A stretch of 64,000 nt of DNA from Bacillota bacterium (lineage in GTDB: Bacteria > Bacillota > Sulfobacillia > JBFMBV01): NCBI GenBank assembly GCA_040755005.1, contig JBFMBV010000004.1, forward strand, positions 8,013 to 72,012, read 5' to 3'. Position 1 is the first letter of the stretch. Each line of letters opens with the position of its first letter. Below the pieces are notes generated by a model. That model ran no database searches, was not told where the DNA came from, and saw nothing but the letters and a program-made list of their open reading frames with translations. This document shows, one piece after another, positions 56,893-64,000 of this stretch. Position numbers and translations under genes: made by a program.

Positions 56893-59800
56893 TTACCCGG
56901 CCTTGCGGGTCAACTTGACCGAGATCAGCTTGGACACGCCGCCTTCCTCCATGGTGACCCCGTGCAGGGAACCACATACGGCCATGGTCTGTTTCTGGTG
57001 GGTCACCACCAGAAACTGCGAGTCGGCGGCATACTCCTTCAGGAACCGGGAGAACCGCTCGACGTTGGTCTCATCCAGGGCCGCGTCAATCTCGTCCAGC
57101 ACCACCAGCGGGCTCCGCCGCACGCGCAGCATGGCAAAGAGCAGGGCTATGGCGGTGAGGGCGCGTTCGCCCCCCGACAGCAGCGCCAAGCTCTGGAGCC
57201 TCTTCCCCGGCGGCTGGGCAGAGATCTCGATGCCGCTCTCCAGGGGGCTGTCGGCTTCGGCCAGTTCCAGTTCGGCCTGGCCACCGCCGAACAGGTGCTC
57301 GAACACCCGCGCGAACTGGAGCCGGATGGCCGAGAACTGCTCGAGGAAGCGTTTGCGCATCAGCTCGTCCATCTCCGCGATCACCTGCTGCAGGTCACGG
57401 CAGGCTTCCGCCATGTCCCTGCGCTGGCTGAACAGGAACTCCCTGCGTTCACTGACGCGCTGGTACTCCTCGAGGGCGCCCAGATTCACGTCACCGAGCC
57501 CGTGGATAAGCCGCCGGACCTCGTCCAGCCGGACACGGGTGCTGGCGGCATCGCTGACAGCCTGCTCCTCGCCGACCCCAGTCAGGTCCAGGTCGTAGTC
57601 CTCCCGGATGGCGTCCAGCAGATGGGACCGCTCGGCCGCCAGGCGGGCCACCTCAACCTCAGTGGCGGTGAGCCTCCCCCCCGCGGACTCAACTGACCTG
57701 CGCCACGCACGCAAGGATGCCTCCAGCTCGCTCTGCTCCTGGGCCAGCTCCTCCCGGCGCTCGCGGTGGGACTTAAGCTCTGCCTCAGCCGCAGCGCCTG
57801 CCGCTGCAAGCTCCGCCTGCTGCTGCTCCCAGCCGGCGATGGCGCCCTGCGTGCCCAGCCGTTCCTCACGCAGTTCCCCTGCTCTGGCCCCGCGGGCGGC
57901 CAGCTCCTCGGCCAGCTCGTCCAGCCTGGATTTGGCGGCGCGCACCCCTGCCTCGGCCTGCTGGCGCAGCTCCTTGGCGGTGGCCTCAGCCACCTTGAGC
58001 TCCATCACCCGCGCCGACATGCACTCGGGCCGCCCCCTCAGGCCAGCCAGGTCCCCTTCAGCCCCGGCCAGAGCCTCCCGCAGGGCAGTCTCCCGCTCCA
58101 TTAACGCGCGCAGGGCTTCAGCCCTGTCCAGACGCTGGCGGCCCTGTTCGTCCGCCTCCTCCCGGGCCTGAGCCACCTCAAGGGCACCTACTTCGAGCTC
58201 TGCGCTGTGCTTGGCTGCAGCGGCGGCAGCATCCCCAGCTTCCCGCTGCAGAGATCCGAGCCGCGCCCGGCTGCGGTACAGCTCCTGCTCGAGGGCCAAA
58301 CGCCTCTTCCCCATCTCAGCCAGGCGCAGGCGTGCCCGCTCCCTGGCAGACTCGAGGGCCTCGGCCTTGTGTTGCAGGGTAACGGCCTCGCCCCGCAGAC
58401 GCTCGACTTCCGCCGACCGCAGCAAGGACCCGCCGCCGGCAGCTTCGGCGCCGCCGCTGACAGGGCCTCCCCGGTGCACGACGTCACCGTCTAGGGTGAC
58501 GACTTTGAACCGGTAACGCCCCGCCCGGCCCACCTTCAGGGCGGCCGGCAGGTCCACAGCCACCATGACGCGCCCGAGCAGATACTGCACCACTTCGCGC
58601 AGGGCAGGTTCGAACTCGACCAGGGTGTCGGCGGTGCCCACCACCTTGTCCATGCCCAGCAACTGCCGGTCTTCGGCCTGCCAGGCTGTGCCCTTGATCA
58701 CGTCCAAGGCAAGGAAGGTGGCCCGCCCCTCGCCCCGGCCCTTCAGCCTGGCGATGAGGCGTTTGATGTCCTCCTCGCCCTTGACTACCAGATGCTGCAG
58801 GGAAGCCCCCAGTGCCGTCTCGATGGCCCGGCGGTACTCAGCGGGCACTTTGACCAACTGGGCGACGCTGCCGAGGATCCCTTGGCAATCGGTGTCCCCG
58901 GCCGACTTCCCTGTAAGCAGGGACCGTGCGCCCCGTCCATATCCCTCGTAGCGCCGTTCCATCTCCTCCAGGGCCTTCAGGCGGGAGCCGCAGGCCACCG
59001 CGGCCTGCTTGGCTTCGACGCAGCTCCGTTCCAGCTCACCGAGCTCACGTTGGAGGCCGCCCTCCTCCTGGTGGAGGGCGCGCAGGTCGCTTTCCCCGGT
59101 CGCCGCCGCCTCCTGCTGAGCCGACGCGGACTGGGACAGCGCGTCGGCCTTGGCGCTGGCCTCGGCATGGGCCTGTGTCGCCGCGGCGACCGCGCCCAGG
59201 GACCGATCGAGCCGCCGTTGGGCCGCCTCGAGCCTGAACTGGCGGGCTTGGAGCTCGCTGCGACCATCAGCGGCCAGGCGCATGACTTCAAACAGTTCGT
59301 CCTTATACCCCGAAGCGGAGCTCTCCGCGGCGGCCAACTCTGATCTCGCGCCGGCCAGATCACCCTCAAGGCGCGCCAGTTCCGCCTGGATGGTCCCGAG
59401 GCGTTCAGCCTCCTGCTGCTGCCGGGCTTCCAAGCCCGACACCTCACCGGCGAGGACAGTCACGCGTTGGCTCAGGGCCTGTTCGCCCCTGGCCGCCCCC
59501 TCCAGCTCCAGCTCACAGGCAGATAGCCGTTGCCTGGCCGCCGCCAACCGCTCGGCAAGCGCTTCACCGCGCGCCTGCTCCTTAAGCAGTCTGGCCTGGG
59601 CGGTGAGCACCAACTCCTCGGCTTCCCTGGCCTCGCCCCCCAGTTGCTGGAACCTGGCTTCCCCCTCCAGGACCTTGACCTGACCCCCAGATACCTGATC
59701 GCTCAAGGTACGCTGCCGTTCCTCCAGGCGTGCCAGCCGCTGGTCAAACTCGCCCAGGTCGCGCCTGGCCAGCCCTACTTCCAGCTGACGATACTCCTCC

Positions 59801-60456
59801 CGGTACCGTCTATACTCCAGGGCCTGGCGGTTCTGCTCCTCCAGGGGCCCCAGCTGATCTTCCAGTTCCGCCAGGATGTCGGCGATGCGGTCTAAGGCGC
59901 GCTGGGTCTCCCCCAGCTTGCGTTCGGCTTCCCGCCTGCGGTTACGGTGCTTGGTGATCCCCGCCGCTTCCTCGAACAGCCCCCGGCGGTCCTCCGCCTT
60001 AACCGACAGCACCTCCTCGATGCGGCCCTGGCCAATGATGGAGTAGGCTTCCCGCCCGACGCCGGTGTCGGCCAGCAGCTCCAGGACATCCTTCAGCCTG
60101 CATGGCACCTTGTTGAGGTAGTACTCGCCCTCGCCCGAACGAAAGGTACGCCGGGTAACGCTGATTTCGGTGAAGTCCAGGGGCAGCACCCCGTCAGCGT
60201 TGTCGAACACGAGTGTCACCTCGGCCATCCCAAGGGCCTTGCGGCCCTCGCTTCCGCCGAAGATGACGTCCTCCATCTTCTGGCCCCGCAGGACCCTGGC
60301 GTTCTGTTCCCCCAGGACCCAGCGCACGGCGTCGCACAGGTTGCTCTTGCCGCTGCCGTTGGGTCCGACCAGGCCTGTGATCCCAGGCCCAAACTCCAGG
60401 CTAAGGTGTTCGGGGAAGGACTTGAACCCAAACAGATCCAGTCTCTTCAAGTGCAA
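56893..60456 (-). CDS. smc: chromosome partition protein SMC
   Basis: HLKRLDLFGFKSF...GPNGSGKSN is the N-terminal Walker A head, followed by long coiled coils, a hinge and a C-terminal head (LSGGERALTAIALLFA, Walker B LVVLDEIDAALD). The ORF track starts at 60528. A TTG at 60454-60456 preceded by GGAGGGGG fits the usual MxLKRL N-terminus. Confidence 0.95.
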   Translation of the reverse strand: MHLKRLDLFGFKSFPEHLSLEFGPGITGLVGPNGSGKSNLCDAVRWVLGEQNARVLRGQKMEDVIFGGSEGRKALGMAEVTLVFDNADGVLPLDFTEISVTRRTFRSGEGEYYLNKVPCRLKDVLELLADTGVGREAYSIIGQGRIEEVLSVKAEDRRGLFEEAAGITKHRNRRREAERKLGETQRALDRIADILAELEDQLGPLEEQNRQALEYRRYREEYRQLEVGLARRDLGEFDQRLARLEERQRTLSDQVSGGQVKVLEGEARFQQLGGEAREAEELVLTAQARLLKEQARGEALAERLAAARQRLSACELELEGAARGEQALSQRVTVLAGEVSGLEARQQQEAERLGTIQAELARLEGDLAGARSELAAAESSASGYKDELFEVMRLAADGRSELQARQFRLEAAQRRLDRSLGAVAAATQAHAEASAKADALSQSASAQQEAAATGESDLRALHQEEGGLQRELGELERSCVEAKQAAVACGSRLKALEEMERRYEGYGRGARSLLTGKSAGDTDCQGILGSVAQLVKVPAEYRRAIETALGASLQHLVVKGEEDIKRLIARLKGRGEGRATFLALDVIKGTAWQAEDRQLLGMDKVVGTADTLVEFEPALREVVQYLLGRVMVAVDLPAALKVGRAGRYRFKVVTLDGDVVHRGGPVSGGAEAAGGGSLLRSAEVERLRGEAVTLQHKAEALESARERARLRLAEMGKRRLALEQELYRSRARLGSLQREAGDAAAAAAKHSAELEVGALEVAQAREEADEQGRQRLDRAEALRALMERETALREALAGAEGDLAGLRGRPECMSARVMELKVAEATAKELRQQAEAGVRAAKSRLDELAEELAARGARAGELREERLGTQGAIAGWEQQQAELAAAGAAAEAELKSHRERREELAQEQSELEASLRAWRRSVESAGGRLTATEVEVARLAAERSHLLDAIREDYDLDLTGVGEEQAVSDAASTRVRLDEVRRLIHGLGDVNLGALEEYQRVSERREFLFSQRRDMAEACRDLQQVIAEMDELMRKRFLEQFSAIRLQFARVFEHLFGGGQAELELAEADSPLESGIEISAQPPGKRLQSLALLSGGERALTAIALLFAMLRVRRSPLVVLDEIDAALDETNVERFSRFLKEYAADSQFLVVTHQKQTMAVCGSLHGVTMEEGGVSKLISVKLTRKAG

Positions 60457-60498
60457 CGACTGCAGTCCCCCTCCGGAGGCAGCGAGGCCAGTAAACCC

Positions 60499-60528
60499 AT
60501 TGTAACACGGCCGGCTCCACGCGGGCAA
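60499..60528 (-). promoter_or_regulatory. candidate sigma-A promoter of smc-ftsY
   Basis: Minus strand: TTGCCC (60523-60528), 18-nt spacer, extended -10 TGTTACAAT (-10 at 60499-60504). A small hairpin GCGGGC-UUU-GCCCGC overlaps the -35. Confidence 0.35.
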
Positions 60529-60567
60529 AGCCCGCCCGGTCCCGGGGCGGGCCCAAGGGGCGCCCGT

Positions 60568-61188
60568 TCACGGCCCCGTACCCAACCTCTCCAGGGCGAC
60601 CACGGCCGCCGCCCGCTCAGCCGCCTGCTTCGACCCTCCCGTGCCGCTAGCCAGGCACCTTTCCCCGACGAGAACCTCCACCGTGAACCGCGGCGAGTGG
60701 TCGGGCCCCTCCACGGCCACGGTCCTGTAGGCCGGCACCGGACGGCCGCCAGCCTGCAGGCGCTCCTGGAGCTGGTTCTTGGGATCGGGGGCGGGGGCCC
60801 ACTCAACTGCTGGGGCGAGTCCCCGCAGTATGAAGCCTCTGGCTGCCTCCCACCCATCCTCCAAGTAGAAGGCAGCAGCCATGGCCTCGAAGAGGTCCGC
60901 CAGATTGGAGTTCAGCTCCCTGCCGCCTGCGGCTTCCTCGCCTTTGCCCAGCTTGAAGTCTCCCTGCAGCCCGGACCGCCTGGCCGCCTCCGCCAAGGCC
61001 TCTTCCCTGATCAGCGCATGCCAGCGCAGGGTCAGCCTCCCCTCATCGTCAGCTGGGAACCCGGCAAACACGTGTTCCGCCGCGGCCAGCCCGACCACGG
61101 CGTTCCCGAGGAACTCAAGGCGCTGATTGTCCAGGCCGCCCGCCCGCGCCGAAGGGTGGATCAGTGCAAGCCGCTTCAAGTCCGTCAT
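60568..61188 (-). CDS. rnc: ribonuclease III
   Basis: 206-aa ORF with the RNase III signature ERLEFLGNAV and a C-terminal dsRBD. Confidence 0.9.
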   Translation of the reverse strand: MTDLKRLALIHPSARAGGLDNQRLEFLGNAVVGLAAAEHVFAGFPADDEGRLTLRWHALIREEALAEAARRSGLQGDFKLGKGEEAAGGRELNSNLADLFEAMAAAFYLEDGWEAARGFILRGLAPAVEWAPAPDPKNQLQERLQAGGRPVPAYRTVAVEGPDHSPRFTVEVLVGERCLASGTGGSKQAAERAAAVVALERLGTGP

Positions 61189-61242
61189 GGCATGCTCCCC
61201 CGACGACCCCGTGTACTCCAGGACTTCGCCACTAGGATATCA

Positions 61243-61270
61243 CCAAAAGAAGCCCCGCAGGCGGGGCTTC
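61243..61270 (-). terminator. intrinsic terminator of acpP
   Basis: Minus strand: GAAGCCCCG-CCUG-CGGGGCUUC (9-bp stem, 61249-61270) followed by UUUUGGUGAU. Lies 23 nt after the acpP stop. Confidence 0.7.
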
Positions 61271-61293
61271 TCAGTCTGCGCACACGCTGTGCT

Positions 61294-61542
61294 TCAGCTC
61301 TCGTTGTCGTGGATGTAGTCGACCGCATCATTCACGCTGGAGATACGCTCCACGTCCTCGTCGGGGATCTCCAGCTCGAAGGCTTCCTCGAGGGCCATGA
61401 TCAGTTCGACAATATCGAGGGAGTCAGCACCCAGATCATCGATGAACAAGGCCTCAGCCGTGACTTCCTCCTCGTCCACGCCCAGCTGCTCGACGATGAT
61501 GGCCCTTACCTTAGCGAAGATGGCATTCCTGTCCTTACTCAA
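61294..61542 (-). CDS. acpP: acyl carrier protein
   Basis: 82-aa ORF containing DLGADSLD, the phosphopantetheine attachment site. Confidence 0.95.
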   Translation of the reverse strand: MSKDRNAIFAKVRAIIVEQLGVDEEEVTAEALFIDDLGADSLDIVELIMALEEAFELEIPDEDVERISSVNDAVDYIHDNES

Positions 61543-61563
61543 ACAGCGGCACCTCCTTCTGAA

Positions 61564-62307
61564 CTAGAGCCCCAGGCTCAAACCCCCGTCTACCAGGAGC
61601 GTCTGTCCCGTGATGTACTCCGCCCCTGGCGAGGCCAGGAACACGATGGCTTGGGCGACATCCTCAGGCGTCCCGACCCTGCCCAGCGGCACCCGAGCGG
61701 CTACCTGCCCGGCAAGGCCAAGCGCCGCTGTCATCTCGGTGTCGATGAACCCCGGTGCGACCGCATTCACAGTCACCTGACGGCTAGCCAGCTCAAGGGC
61801 GAGGGCCTTCGTGAGGCCCAGCAGCCCAGCCTTGGCCGCGCAGTAGTTCGCTTGACCGGGGTTGCCTGTGACCGCAACGACGGAACTAACGTTGATGATC
61901 CTGCCGAACCGCTTGCGGAGCATGTGACGGGCGGCGGCGCGGGCGCACAGGTACGCTCCGGTAAGATCGATGGCGATGACCCGATCCCAGTCTTCCGGCC
62001 GCATGCGGACGAGCAGCCCATCCCGGATCACACCGGCGTTGTTGACCAGAATGTCAATGCCGCCCAGGGCCTCGACTGTGCCGTCCACCATGGCCTGCAC
62101 GGCCGCTGGGTCCGCCACATCAGCTTGCACCACCAGGGACCGCCGACCGAGGGACTCCACGGTGGCGGCCACCTCAGCGGCACCCGTAGCGTCGCTGCGG
62201 TAGTTCACCGCGACGTGGGCCCCGGCCCTCGCCAAGGCCTCCGCCACGGCCCTGCCAATACCCCTGGATGCCCCTGTAACCAACGCTACCCTCTCTGTCA
62301 GACCCAT
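61564..62307 (-). CDS. fabG: 3-oxoacyl-[acyl-carrier-protein] reductase
   Basis: MGLTERVALVTGASRGIGRA... is the SDR family with the catalytic YCAAK. The ORF track adds 9 aa upstream. The ATG at 62305-62307 is 1 nt after the fabD stop. Confidence 0.9.
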   Translation of the reverse strand: MGLTERVALVTGASRGIGRAVAEALARAGAHVAVNYRSDATGAAEVAATVESLGRRSLVVQADVADPAAVQAMVDGTVEALGGIDILVNNAGVIRDGLLVRMRPEDWDRVIAIDLTGAYLCARAAARHMLRKRFGRIINVSSVVAVTGNPGQANYCAAKAGLLGLTKALALELASRQVTVNAVAPGFIDTEMTAALGLAGQVAARVPLGRVGTPEDVAQAIVFLASPGAEYITGQTLLVDGGLSLGL

Positions 62308-62308
62308 C

Positions 62309-63256
62309 TTAGCAGACCACTCCCAGGGAATCAAGGAGTTTTTGGAAACTGGGAGGGTCCTCGGCGCCAGCTGCCACAGCGTCGGGAACGATGCGTTTGA
62401 CCAGTCCCGACACTGTCTTGCCCGGTCCCAGTTCCACGAATACCCGCTGGCCGTCGGCCCAGAGCCGCTCGACGCTTTCGCACCAGCGCACCGGCGAGCT
62501 GACTTGCGCCGCCAGGTTCGCCCTGACTTGATCAGCGGTGCGGACGTAGGCGGCGGTCACGTTCGCTACCACAGGCAAGTTAGGGTCGGCGATGGCCACT
62601 TGTGCCAGGGCCTTGGCGAGCCCCTCCCCGGCGGGCCGGAGCAGCGACGTATGGAAAGGCGCACTAACGGCAAGGGGGATGACGCGCTTCGCCCCTGCTT
62701 CCACACAACGGCCTGCTACCCGATCCAGGGCCTTCCTCTCCCCGCTCATCACCGTCTGGTCAGGAGCGTTGTGATTGGCGACTTCCACTACGCCGTGGCC
62801 GCTCTCTTCCCGGCACAGCCGGGCCACCTCGGCAGCGGGCAGACCGATCACGGCAGTCATTCCCCCGAGGCCCCTGGGGCAGCTCGACTCCATCAGCTCC
62901 CCCCGCAGCCTGACCAACCGAAACGCATCTGGCAGGGTCAGGGAGCCCGCCATCACCAGGGCCGCATACTCACCTACGCTGAGGCCCGCGGCCGCCGCTG
63001 GTTCCAGGCCCAGGGACTGGGCGACCCTGCCGGCGGCCACCGACACGGCCAGCATAGCCGGCTGGGCGTTGACCGTCCGCGTCAGCTCAGCTTCAGGTCC
63101 GTTGAAGGCAAGATCCACCAGCTCCTGGCCGAGGGTGGCACCCAGGCAGTCGAACACGGCTCTGGCGGGTGGGTAGGCTTCGGATAAGGCTGCGCCCATC
63201 CCGGGCCTCTGGGCCCCCTGTCCAGGGAAGACGAAGGTGACCTTCACCACATGCAC
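62309..63256 (-). CDS. fabD: malonyl CoA-acyl carrier protein transacylase
   Basis: 315-aa ORF. FVFPGQGAQRPGMG...GLSVGEYAAL contains the GxSxG active site. Confidence 0.95.
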   Translation of the reverse strand: MHVVKVTFVFPGQGAQRPGMGAALSEAYPPARAVFDCLGATLGQELVDLAFNGPEAELTRTVNAQPAMLAVSVAAGRVAQSLGLEPAAAAGLSVGEYAALVMAGSLTLPDAFRLVRLRGELMESSCPRGLGGMTAVIGLPAAEVARLCREESGHGVVEVANHNAPDQTVMSGERKALDRVAGRCVEAGAKRVIPLAVSAPFHTSLLRPAGEGLAKALAQVAIADPNLPVVANVTAAYVRTADQVRANLAAQVSSPVRWCESVERLWADGQRVFVELGPGKTVSGLVKRIVPDAVAAGAEDPPSFQKLLDSLGVVC

Positions 63257-63269
63257 CGTCCTTGGCTGA

Positions 63270-64000
63270 TCAGTCGCGATAGAGCACGATGCCGAGGGTG
63301 CCCGGGCCTACATGCACGCCGATGACCGGGCCGATGATCCCCGTCAGGCCCTCGCGCACCGTATAGATCCCCTCGAGCCGCTTGAGCATCTGATCGGCAT
63401 CGTCGGGCACGTTGGCATGCACGACGGCGATGTGCACACTGCTGCCCGCCGGGACGCGTTCCTGCACCAACTCGACGACACGCTCCAGCGCCCGGCCGCG
63501 GCCCCTGGCTTTATCCAGGGGGACGACTGCGCCGTCTTCGAGGCCGAGCACAGGCTTCACGCTGAGCAGGCCCCCGAGGAACGCCTGGGCCTTGCCGATG
63601 CGGCCGTTCCGTGCCAGGTACTCGAGGGTATCCACGCACATCACCAGGTGCATCCTGGCCGCAATCTCCCTGGCCTCGGCCGCGGTGTCCACGGCGCTCT
63701 TGCCGGCCTTCGCAGCCCGGCTGGCCGCTAGTAGCACCAGCCCGATGCCCAGCGACGCAGACCTTGTGTCCACCAACTCGATGTTGGCACCTGAAAGCAT
63801 CTCCTTGGCCAGCGCTGCCGACTGCAGGGTGCCGCTCAACGCCCCGGACAAGTGTACGGACACAACATGATCGCCGTTAGCGGTGAGCTCTTGATATGCA
63901 GCCAGAAAATCGCCGGGTGAGGGCTGAGACGTCCGGGGATGGTGCTTGGAGCTTACCAGTTTGGTGTAGAACTCCGAGGACTTGATATCGACGTGGTCGC
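63270..64000 (-). CDS. DegV-family fatty-acid-binding protein (FakB-like), C-terminal ~240 aa; the gene continues beyond the right edge
   Basis: The frame continues past the track start at 63863 (a GTG). Upstream translation gives ...DHVDIKSSEFYTKLVSSKHHPRTSQPSPGDFLAAYQELTANGDHVVSVHLSG..., a DegV signature. Confidence 0.85.
   Translation of the reverse strand, partial: DHVDIKSSEFYTKLVSSKHHPRTSQPSPGDFLAAYQELTANGDHVVSVHLSGALSGTLQSAALAKEMLSGANIELVDTRSASLGIGLVLLAASRAAKAGKSAVDTAAEAREIAARMHLVMCVDTLEYLARNGRIGKAQAFLGGLLSVKPVLGLEDGAVVPLDKARGRGRALERVVELVQERVPAGSSVHIAVVHANVPDDADQMLKRLEGIYTVREGLTGIIGPVIGVHVGPGTLGIVLYRD

Noticed and set aside
60520-60537. Small hairpin GCGGGC-AAA-GCCCGC after rnc as an rnc terminator
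   Set aside because: The stem is short (6 bp) with no U-tract and it overlaps the putative smc -35. rnc and smc are probably co-transcribed, with an internal promoter.
59947-62400. 817-aa plus-strand ORF, and many other long ORFs antisense to or overlapping conserved genes (for example 1519-2982+, 3611-4816+, 9282-10469+, 30858-31982+, 45147-46298-)
   Set aside because: At ~70% GC stop codons are rare, so long spurious frames are expected. Their translations are Arg/Pro/Gly/Ala-rich low complexity with no recognisable domains. Each overlaps a strongly supported conserved gene on the other strand or in another frame.

Overview
This 64-kb window comes from a high-GC (about 70% by eye) bacterial chromosome with a Firmicutes/Clostridia-style core gene order. 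Almost all genes lie on the minus strand.

Conserved housekeeping blocks on the minus strand, from the right end to the left: degV, fabD-fabG-acpP-rnc-smc-ftsY, ylxM-ffh-rpsP-ylqC-ylqD-rimM-trmD-rplS, lepB-rbgA-rnhB-yraN, comM, dprA-topA, xerC-hslV-hslU-codY, rpsB-tsf-pyrH-frr, uppS-cdsA, dxr-rseP-ispG-proS, polC, and rimP-nusA-ylxR-infB-DUF503-rbfA-nrnA-truB. This order suggests a GC-rich Clostridia-like lineage such as Symbiobacterium, Thermaerobacter or Limnochordia, but that is an inference.

Non-core material lies between these blocks:
- An AI-2E/YtvI-family membrane protein between cdsA and dxr.
- An mgtC plus MGDG-synthase-like glycosyltransferase pair between proS and polC.
- A plus-strand sugar/nucleoside-type ABC importer operon (lipoprotein binding protein, double-NBD ATPase, two paralogous permeases) at 44150-49014.
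- About 11.5 kb between dprA and comM at 30552-42003, carrying a heterodimeric ABC exporter pair with one degenerate ATP site, an orphan family-5 solute-binding lipoprotein, a protein made of four peptidoglycan-binding repeats, and the most unusual module in the window.

That module is four apparently co-transcribed genes: etfB, a ferredoxin-fused etfA, a 605-aa GlmL/MutL-type (B12-mutase-reactivase/EutA-like) ASKHA ATPase with a novel C-terminal extension, and a translationally coupled 450-aa protein with lipoyl-like hybrid-barrel motifs but no nameable family. No B12-dependent mutase is present in the window.

Other points of interest:
- hslV has no canonical start codon upstream of its catalytic Thr.
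- A stand-alone 67-aa single-PASTA-domain ORF is coupled to the frr stop codon.
- There are promoter/leader-hairpin candidates upstream of rimP-nusA and of rplS.
- There is an rpsB-tsf intercistronic terminator.
- Five intrinsic-terminator-like hairpins are listed among the features.

Because GC is high, the ORF track contains many long antisense or overlapping ORFs and N-terminal over-extensions; I trimmed or rejected these where sequence evidence allowed. No rRNA, tRNA, CRISPR array or mobile element was recognised.
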